From positions 128,001 through 192,000 of the IMG/VR virus record IMGVR_UViG_3300032243_000867: DNA of 64,000 nucleotides; one strand, written 5' to 3'. Made by a program: the position numbers and the translations under genes. Origin of the DNA: a virus (Duplodnaviria > Caudoviricetes). Every line of letters begins with the position of its first letter. The stretch's first letter is position 1. Shown here in pieces: positions 1 to 6,182 of this stretch. The notes below the pieces were generated by a model. The model was not told the DNA's origin. It saw nothing but the letters and a program-made list of their open reading frames with translations, and did no database searches.

Positions 1-40
1 TCGCCAACGCCATGGGCGTATTGTTCTCTTCGGAGGAAGA

Positions 41-625
41 ATGAGTACAGAAGGTCCGAAGGTTCTCTGGGTGCTCGGTGAGCCTGGGGTGGGGAAGACA
101 ACTCTGGTCCGTGAGCTCACGAAGGGAACTCTGTTTTCATTCGTCGAGAACCCGAAGTGGACCTTTGCCGGGGAAGGGTTCGCTCTCGCTGGTCACTACA
201 AGGGCGGGACGTTCGACGGCGCGGACACGGTTCCCTACAACGGGGCTGACGCCGCACTGATCTACTGGGAGCAGAACCTTCGGGGCAAGTACCCGGTGAC
301 GATTCTGGACGGTGACCGTTTCTCTCACGACGGTGCTCGGCGGTTTTTTTCGCCCCTCGCGTCTACGTTCGCGGTTCTACTGACGGCCCCTTCGGAAGTC
401 GTCTCCGCCCGCAGACAGGAGCGCGGGTCGAATCAATCTGCTTCCTGGGTGGCGGGGCGGAAAACGAAGTCCGCCCGTTTCTTCGAGGGTTTCGATAACT
501 CCCACGCCCTTCAAATCGACGCCTCGCTCCCGGTTGAACAGATTGTGGAACGGGTGAGGGACCTGTTGCAGAACGGCTCTGGGCGGGACAACTCCGACGG
601 TCTTCTCTCTTGGTTGGGATCGTGA
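41..625 (+). CDS. P-loop nucleotide kinase, probable 5-hmU DNA kinase of a thymidine hypermodification cluster
   Basis: Walker A GEPGVGKTT; GHYKGGTFDGAD and ILDGDRF segments; GGAGG RBS at 32-36; directly upstream of an amino acid:DNA transferase-like gene. Confidence 0.7.
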   Translation: MSTEGPKVLWVLGEPGVGKTTLVRELTKGTLFSFVENPKWTFAGEGFALAGHYKGGTFDGADTVPYNGADAALIYWEQNLRGKYPVTILDGDRFSHDGARRFFSPLASTFAVLLTAPSEVVSARRQERGSNQSASWVAGRKTKSARFFEGFDNSHALQIDASLPVEQIVERVRDLLQNGSGRDNSDGLLSWLGS

Positions 626-644
626 GCGATCTTCTCTCTTGGTT
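601..644 (+). repeat. 15-bp direct repeat TCTTCTCTCTTGGTT across the kinase/transferase junction
   Basis: Identical copies at 601-615 and 630-644, each read as LLSW: once at the kinase C-terminus, once at the transferase N-terminus. Confidence 0.9.
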
Positions 645-1572
645 CGGTGAAGCCTCTGCGCCAGCCCCTTCCGAGACCGCCCCTTACTACGAACGCCCCT
701 TGTTCGATTCGTTCGTGAAGTTCGCGAAGGCCCATATCGAGAGCGGCGACATCGACCCGGCTTACCCGGTCTTGAAGGAGGTCTACCGGATGCGGGGATA
801 CTCCCGCGAGACTGCCCTCTGGCACACTCTTCTGTACGTCACTTGGTACAACGTCGGGTCCGCCGAGGAAGCGTTCGCCCGATACCCCAATGCCCCGTCA
901 AGGCTCGAAGAGCCTCTGACCCTTCCGACGGGCACGGAGCGCCGTTCGTTTCGCGGTAACGATCTGGCCCGCACTCACCTCAACGCTCTTCTGGAGAGGG
1001 CTCGCCCCCACGGATCCCTTTCACGTTGGGCGGAAGCCGCAACGGAGAAGGGCGGGGAAGCGGGCTGGGACGGGATACGGACGGAGTTCCAGAGCGTGAA
1101 ATACGCGGGTCCTTGGAGCAGCTACAAGCTCGCTGACCTCCTCGCCCACGTTCACGACTTCCCCATCACAGCTTCGGACCTCGGTATCGGGGGGGCGAGT
1201 GAGACAGCGGGTCCGATTCCCGGTATGGTCAAGCTCACCGGGTACGACTGGAAGAAGTGCGCGACGGACCTCGGACTCCAGCGGGAGCTTTTGGCCCGCA
1301 GCCGCGACCGGGGCGTACCCTTCTCTGGCCTCGACCAACTAGAAACCTCCCTGTGCGACTTCAACTCTCTCTGCAAGGGTAGGTACTACGTCGGGCACGA
1401 CCTCGACCAGCAAATGGAGCACCTCCGTAGCGCGAGCGCCGCCGAGGACTTCTGGACCGCCCGCAGAAAGACGTTCCCGGTTCGTTATCTCGGAGAGGTG
1501 AACGGGTGGTTCGGCGTAAGAAAATCCCTCAAGGACAAGTTTCATTTCAACGGCGATCTGGTGCAGATCTAG
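622..1572 (+). CDS. Amino acid:DNA transferase (aGPT-Pplase2/AADT family, HhH-glycosylase-like fold)
   Basis: GPWSSYKLADL and ETSLCDFNSLCKGRYYVGHD motifs typical of this family; GTG at 622 overlaps the upstream TGA (track start 610 TTG is the alternative). Confidence 0.75.
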   Translation: MSDLLSWFGEASAPAPSETAPYYERPLFDSFVKFAKAHIESGDIDPAYPVLKEVYRMRGYSRETALWHTLLYVTWYNVGSAEEAFARYPNAPSRLEEPLTLPTGTERRSFRGNDLARTHLNALLERARPHGSLSRWAEAATEKGGEAGWDGIRTEFQSVKYAGPWSSYKLADLLAHVHDFPITASDLGIGGASETAGPIPGMVKLTGYDWKKCATDLGLQRELLARSRDRGVPFSGLDQLETSLCDFNSLCKGRYYVGHDLDQQMEHLRSASAAEDFWTARRKTFPVRYLGEVNGWFGVRKSLKDKFHFNGDLVQI

Positions 1573-1578
1573 GGGCGA

Positions 1579-1796
1579 ATGGAAATGAGACGCGCCTCAA
1601 ATAGGTTGAGGACAGGGAAGATTCTCTGCTGTCACGTCACAGATGCCAATCTCAACTATTCCGGTAGCGCGACAACGGATCCGGCGCTTCTGGAAGCGGC
1701 GGGGCTCTCCGAGAGGTCGAGATCTGGAATGTGACCGACGGAGAGAGGTTCTCCGCCTACCTTCCCAATTCATCGAAGTCCCGCAAGGAAATCTGT
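1579..1796 (+). pseudogene. panD: Frameshifted, truncated aspartate 1-decarboxylase relic
   Basis: Frame from 1579 reads GKILCCHVTDANLNYSGSATTDPALLEAAGL; after a shift near 1711-1716 another frame reads VEIWNVTDGERFSAY. Both match PanD (E. coli [32 protein letters not shown]...IDIWNVTNGKRFSTY). Confidence 0.8.
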
Positions 1797-2610
1797 GAGT
1801 CTTCTCATCGAAGGAACACCCGTCGAACGGGTAACTGATCGCGTCTCCGTGAAGCGGGAGGATATGTGCTCCCCCTTCCCTGGACCCTCTTTCAGTAAGA
1901 TCCGGGGCGTGCTGAAGCACATCGAGAAGCGCCCGGAAACCGAAATCGGGGTTCTGGACACCTACCACTCCAAAGCGGGTTGGGCCGTGTCCTACGTCTC
2001 CCACCACCTGGGTAAGAAGGCTCTGGACTTTTACCCCCGATACAAAGGGGACGGACCCGAGGTGCGGGATCAGCAGAAGATGGCGCGGGAGTATGGCGCG
2101 GAGCTTTTCGAGCTTCCGGCGGGACGTAGCGCGATTCTCTATCACCAAGCGCGTAAGGAGTGCGTACGGCGCGAAGCGTACCTCATGCCCAACGCCCTGA
2201 AGCTGCCGGAAACCGTGGGGGAGTGTGCCGAGGAGGTTCTCCGTACCCCAGACCTTCACAAGTACGCGAATCTAGTGATCAGCGTCTCGTCGGGGACGAT
2301 AGCGTCAGGGGTGCTTCTTGGTTTCGCGAAAGCCAAGATTTACCCGACTGTCTGGCTCCACGCCGGGTACTCGCGTTCCGAATCCGAGCTCCGCCGATAC
2401 ATCACGGCGAAGGTTCCGAAGTTGTCTTTCTGGCCTTCAGAAGTGAACCTCATCGACGAGGGCTACGGATACAAGGACGCCGCGAAGATCGACGACCCGC
2501 CCCCCTTCCCCTGCAACCCCTACTACGACCTGAAGGCGTGGAAGTGGCTGAAGAGCGGGGCGGAAGATCGAATGACGGGCGAAATTTTGTTCTGGAACGT
2601 CGGGGCGTAA
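1795..2610 (+). CDS. PLP-dependent enzyme, fold type II (TrpB-like); probable decarboxylase acting on modified DNA bases
   Basis: SFSKIRGV candidate Schiff-base lysine, SKAGWA, SVSSGTIASG phosphate loop, FWNVG C-terminus; lies between the transferase and radical SAM genes. Confidence 0.7.
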   Translation: MSLLIEGTPVERVTDRVSVKREDMCSPFPGPSFSKIRGVLKHIEKRPETEIGVLDTYHSKAGWAVSYVSHHLGKKALDFYPRYKGDGPEVRDQQKMAREYGAELFELPAGRSAILYHQARKECVRREAYLMPNALKLPETVGECAEEVLRTPDLHKYANLVISVSSGTIASGVLLGFAKAKIYPTVWLHAGYSRSESELRRYITAKVPKLSFWPSEVNLIDEGYGYKDAAKIDDPPPFPCNPYYDLKAWKWLKSGAEDRMTGEILFWNVGA

Positions 2611-2642
2611 GTCCCCAAAACTCTGAAACTGAAAGGCACGCG

Positions 2643-4106
2643 ATGGATCTCGACGCATGGCTCGAAGAAGACCTCACCTCGGAGGAGACGAAACAAGCCT
2701 ACCAGTATTTCATGAAGCCCGAGCCCCGCGACATCGCCGGGGACTTGGAGACGGACCCGGAGACGGGCATCCGTTCCCGGCTCATGCGTATCGGAATGCT
2801 TCGGGGCATGAAGGACGAGGACAAGAAGACCTATCGGGTGTATCTTGACCCGATTCCCCACATCCGCATCGACGAGGGCAAGCCTCTTCAGGCTTGGTAC
2901 AAATCGAAGCACGAAGAGCCCGGTGTCCGCAACCGCCCGTGCTTTACCGAAGCGATCCTCACCCAGCCGTACGGAGGGTTCTGCGCGGTGGGTTGTGCTT
3001 TCTGTTACATCAATAGCGGGTTCAAGGGCTACCGGGGATCGGGCCTTATCTCCGTTCCGATGGGGTACGGGAAGCAGGTCCGGGAGTCCCTGAAGAAGAT
3101 GAAGACCTCGGCAGCGGGGTACTTCAGCTCTTTCACCGACCCGTTCCTTCCCTTGGAGGACGTTTACCACAACACGCAGGAAGGCGCTCAGGCGTTCGTG
3201 GATGAGGGGCTCCCCATCTTCTTCCTCTCCCGCATCAAATACCCTTCCTGGGCGTTCGATCTTCTGCGGCAGAATCCGTATAGCTACGCTCAGAAGAGCA
3301 TCAACTGCGCGAACCAGGAAGACTGGAAGCGCCTGTCCCCCGGCGCGGCATCCCTCGCTACTCACATGGAGGACATCCGCGAGCTTCGCAAGGCGGGCAT
3401 CTACGTCAGCATCCAAGTCAATCCCATCATCCCCGGAGTCGTGAATCATGACGACGTAGAGCAGGTGTTCGAGATGCTTGCGGAAGCCGGGGCGAACCAC
3501 GTCATCGTGAAGTTCGTCGAGGCCAGCTACTCTTGGGCTCCCGCGATGGCGGAGAAGATCCGTTTCCGCTTCGGGAAAGAGCGCGGAAGTAAGTTCGAGA
3601 GCCTCTTCACCGAGAACATCGGGGGTCAGCGAACCATCGTGGAGGAATACCGGATGGAAGGTCACCGCCGATACCAGAAGGCGGCTACCCGTCTCGGGAT
3701 GACGTACGCGACCTGCTACGAGTACCGGATGGAGCGGGATGCCGCCGGAAGGGTCACGAACAAGACGGGCGTGTCCGTGGGAAAAGAATTCCTCACGGCG
3801 GATCAGTGCCACGGACACAAGGTGCCGATGTTCACCCGGTCCGATCAGAAGGAGCCCTTCCGCGAAGTTTCACACTGCCCGCCGACGGGATGCCTCTCCT
3901 GTTCGGACGACAACGGCGGGAAGGCCCGCTGCGGTTCCGAGTTGTACGGCGCGGCAGCGGCGCTTCGCCTACCGGACTTGAAGGTCGGGGTGTACGATGA
4001 CGTTCCCGCTTCGCGGAAGCGTTCGCTCCCCGTGATCAACACCCCGGCCCCCGCTCCCCTCCCCACGACCATGTCCGAAATCCTCGGGCTGAGCGGAGAA
4101 GAGTAG
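2643..4106 (+). CDS. Radical SAM enzyme, probable glycyl-thymine isomerase type
   Basis: CAVGCAFC (CxxxCxxC) at 2982-3005; FSSFTDPF and VNPIIPG segments; Cys-rich C-terminal region; ATG 2643 preferred over the track GTG 2160, which overlaps the PLP gene. Confidence 0.8.
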   Translation: MDLDAWLEEDLTSEETKQAYQYFMKPEPRDIAGDLETDPETGIRSRLMRIGMLRGMKDEDKKTYRVYLDPIPHIRIDEGKPLQAWYKSKHEEPGVRNRPCFTEAILTQPYGGFCAVGCAFCYINSGFKGYRGSGLISVPMGYGKQVRESLKKMKTSAAGYFSSFTDPFLPLEDVYHNTQEGAQAFVDEGLPIFFLSRIKYPSWAFDLLRQNPYSYAQKSINCANQEDWKRLSPGAASLATHMEDIRELRKAGIYVSIQVNPIIPGVVNHDDVEQVFEMLAEAGANHVIVKFVEASYSWAPAMAEKIRFRFGKERGSKFESLFTENIGGQRTIVEEYRMEGHRRYQKAATRLGMTYATCYEYRMERDAAGRVTNKTGVSVGKEFLTADQCHGHKVPMFTRSDQKEPFREVSHCPPTGCLSCSDDNGGKARCGSELYGAAAALRLPDLKVGVYDDVPASRKRSLPVINTPAPAPLPTTMSEILGLSGEE

Positions 4107-4571
4107 TCACCCCACCCACCACTCCGGGCGATTCCTCCGCCAAGTCCCCAACCTCCCCCCTCGCTTCGTCTGGTAGTACCTCCGATACGCGCCCACCGAT
4201 TCGTGACCTCTCAGTTCCACGGGCATCGCTTGGGCGAACGGGGTCATCATTCGGTCGGGGAGGGAGGGGACGTTCTCTGCGAGGTGGAGCAGCACGGCCT
4301 CCGTGGCGTGCGTCTTCCCGTACCGGGCCGTGTACTCGCGGCACAGTTCCAGACCTAGCTCGCACAGCCACAGGTAGTTTGCTTGTGAGTCTCTCGCCCA
4401 CACGGCGCAAGGGTGGTTCGCGTGCGTCGGTCGGTACGGGGCGGTACTCCCCGTGAGGTGATGGGCGGTGCAGAGTAGCTGCGCCGTTTCCAGCACCATC
4501 TTCACGACGTGGGCATCGCAGTGCCACCGTGCGGCTTGGCGGGGATCGTAGTGGAGGGCGAAGACGTTCAC
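4107..4571 (-). CDS. Pyrimidine dimer DNA glycosylase / endonuclease V-like protein
   Basis: MNVF...HVVKMVLETAQLLCTAH, YRPTHANHPCAVWAR, ELCREYTARYGKTH, FAQAMP, YRRYY motifs. Confidence 0.8.
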   Translation of the reverse strand: MNVFALHYDPRQAARWHCDAHVVKMVLETAQLLCTAHHLTGSTAPYRPTHANHPCAVWARDSQANYLWLCELGLELCREYTARYGKTHATEAVLLHLAENVPSLPDRMMTPFAQAMPVELRGHESVGAYRRYYQTKRGGRLGTWRRNRPEWWVG

Positions 4572-4578
4572 GCGGGCG

Positions 4579-4593
4579 GTTACGCCTCTATTA
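4579..4593. promoter_or_regulatory. Divergent control region: AGGCGTAAC on minus (4579-87), CTAT on plus (4588-91)
   Basis: 38-nt gap between the glycosylase gene (-) and the GGCT gene (+). Confidence 0.5.
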
Positions 4594-4609
4594 TCCTAAC
4601 GGTCCGTAG

Positions 4610-5059
4610 ATGGAACCCGCCCGCCCGGTCCTGTACTTCGGGTACGGGTCGAACCTGAACGTGCCCGTGATGCTATCGCGGGTGCCCCACGCCAAGTTGC
4701 TGTTCGGTGCGTACCTCCCCTACCACAAGCTCACCTTCGCGGGCGATCACCCGATCAGCGGCGGTGGCGGTAAAGCGACGCTGGTGCCCGCGATGTCCCT
4801 CGTGCCCGGTGCCTTGTACTCGGTGACTCGCGATGACCTTCACCTACTGGACCACATGGAGGGCACCCCCACGGGCAACCACCGCCACAACGAGTACGTC
4901 TACGGCTGGGACGGCACCCGCTACGAAGCCTTCATGTACCGCCAGAACTCGGGCACCCCGTACCACCAGCCCTCGGAAGAGTACCTGCGGATGATCGTCG
5001 AGGGCCGTAAGATGTTCGGATACCCTTTCTCCGACGTGATCCAAGAGGCCATGCGATGA
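4610..5059 (+). CDS. Gamma-glutamylcyclotransferase (AIG2-like) family protein
   Basis: YFGYGSNLN N-terminal motif, LDHMEG catalytic-Glu motif, PSEEYL C-terminal motif. Confidence 0.85.
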   Translation: MEPARPVLYFGYGSNLNVPVMLSRVPHAKLLFGAYLPYHKLTFAGDHPISGGGGKATLVPAMSLVPGALYSVTRDDLHLLDHMEGTPTGNHRHNEYVYGWDGTRYEAFMYRQNSGTPYHQPSEEYLRMIVEGRKMFGYPFSDVIQEAMR

Positions 5060-5655
5060 CCCCCGGCACGCACAAGCTCCCGCCCCTGCCCTACGCCTAC
5101 GATGCCCTTGAGCCGTGGATGGGCGCGGAGACGGCGCGGCTGCACCACGGCAAACACCACCAAGCCTACGTTGACGGGTTGAACGAAGCTGAAGTCGAGC
5201 TCGCCAAGGCGAGGGCTTCGGGCGACATCAAGCTCGTCCCGTACTGGCAGACCCGGCGAGCGTTCAATGAGGGCGGGCACGTTCTGCACTCGATCTTCTG
5301 GCATTGTATGTCGCCCGACGGCGGCGGGCTTCCCGCGGGCAACCTAGCCACCCTGATTGACCGGGACTTCGGCGGGTACAAGGCGTTCCGCCGTGAGTTC
5401 GTCGCCACGGCCAAGGGCGTCGAGGGGTCGGGCTGGGCGGTTCTCGTACTCAAGCGCGGGATGCGCGGTGGACGCCTAGAGGTGGCACCCGTTCACAATC
5501 ACGAGAACCGCGCCCTGTGGCAGTCACAGGTGCTGCTCCCGATGGACGTGTGGGAGCACGCCTACTACCTCGACCACCAGAACGACCGGGAGGGCTGGGC
5601 CAACACCTTCCTCGACCATCTGGTGGACTGGGACTACGTCGGAACGAGGCTCTAA
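5056..5655 (+). CDS. sod: Fe/Mn superoxide dismutase
   Basis: LPPLPYAYDALEP, HHGKHHQAYV, GGHVLHSIFW, GSGWAVL, DVWEHAYY with all four metal ligands. Confidence 0.95.
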   Translation: MTPGTHKLPPLPYAYDALEPWMGAETARLHHGKHHQAYVDGLNEAEVELAKARASGDIKLVPYWQTRRAFNEGGHVLHSIFWHCMSPDGGGLPAGNLATLIDRDFGGYKAFRREFVATAKGVEGSGWAVLVLKRGMRGGRLEVAPVHNHENRALWQSQVLLPMDVWEHAYYLDHQNDREGWANTFLDHLVDWDYVGTRL

Positions 5656-6023
5656 TGCCCCCTCGAAAGAAGAAGCCGTCCACCGCCGCGAGAGGCGACT
5701 GCTACGAAGCGGCTGGGAAGTATATGTTCGAGAACTGTCTGATGGACCCCCAGTGCGGGCTGCGGGTCGTTCACGGAGAGGTCGCTGGGCAGGGGCCGCT
5801 AAAAGGCGTCACCTTCGGGCACGCTTGGGTTCTGGACGGCGACACGGTGATTGACCGCTCGAACGGTCGGAGCTTGCGGATTCCCAAGGTCGTGTACTAC
5901 GCGCTGGGTTCCATCGAGCGCATCGGGAACCTGCACACCTACACCTGGGACGAGGCCAAGAAGAAGATGCTTCAGTTTGGGCACTACGGCCCGTGGGACC
6001 TCAAGACCCGGAGCGGGCTATGA
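5655..6023 (+). CDS. Hypothetical protein with possible Cys-His-Asp (papain/transglutaminase-like) triad
   Basis: GDCYEAA...GHAWVLDG..ID; ATG overlaps the SOD stop (TAATG). Confidence 0.55.
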   Translation: MPPRKKKPSTAARGDCYEAAGKYMFENCLMDPQCGLRVVHGEVAGQGPLKGVTFGHAWVLDGDTVIDRSNGRSLRIPKVVYYALGSIERIGNLHTYTWDEAKKKMLQFGHYGPWDLKTRSGL

Positions 6024-6148
6024 AGGAACTGTTCACCCTCCCTTCGGTGAAGCGCGAGCCCGTACCGGCGACGGTGCTGGACGTGCTCCGCGACGGCGGC
6101 GGGGAGCCTTCCGCCCGGAGGGTTGCCTCCCGATTTCTGGGGCGGTGA
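6020..6148 (+). CDS. 42-aa small protein ending in ARRVASRFLGR (absent from ORF track)
   Basis: Manual translation MKELFTLPSVKREPVPATVLDVLRDGGGEPSARRVASRFLGR; ATGA overlap with the upstream stop; GC3-rich codons. Confidence 0.6.
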   Translation: MKELFTLPSVKREPVPATVLDVLRDGGGEPSARRVASRFLGR

Positions 6149-6155
6149 CCCCCTC

Positions 6156-6164
6156 CGGGCGTAA
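6156..6164 (+). promoter_or_regulatory. Class A motif CGGGCGTAA upstream of the vWA gene
   Basis: In the intergenic gap, 19 nt before ATG 6183. Confidence 0.55.
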
Positions 6165-6182
6165 TAGCCCCCGGAGGCCACA

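Noticed and set aside
1795-2610. PLP enzyme read as ACC deaminase or cysteine synthase
   Set aside because: Shorter than those enzymes and embedded in a DNA-modification cluster
2160-2642. 161-aa N-terminal extension of the radical SAM ORF
   Set aside because: Overlaps the PLP gene out of frame; ATG 2643 follows a real intergenic gap
2643-4106. Radical SAM enzyme read as a spore photoproduct lyase because a UV glycosylase is adjacent
   Set aside because: Co-orientation with kinase, transferase and PLP genes fits hypermodification better; not excluded without a phylogeny
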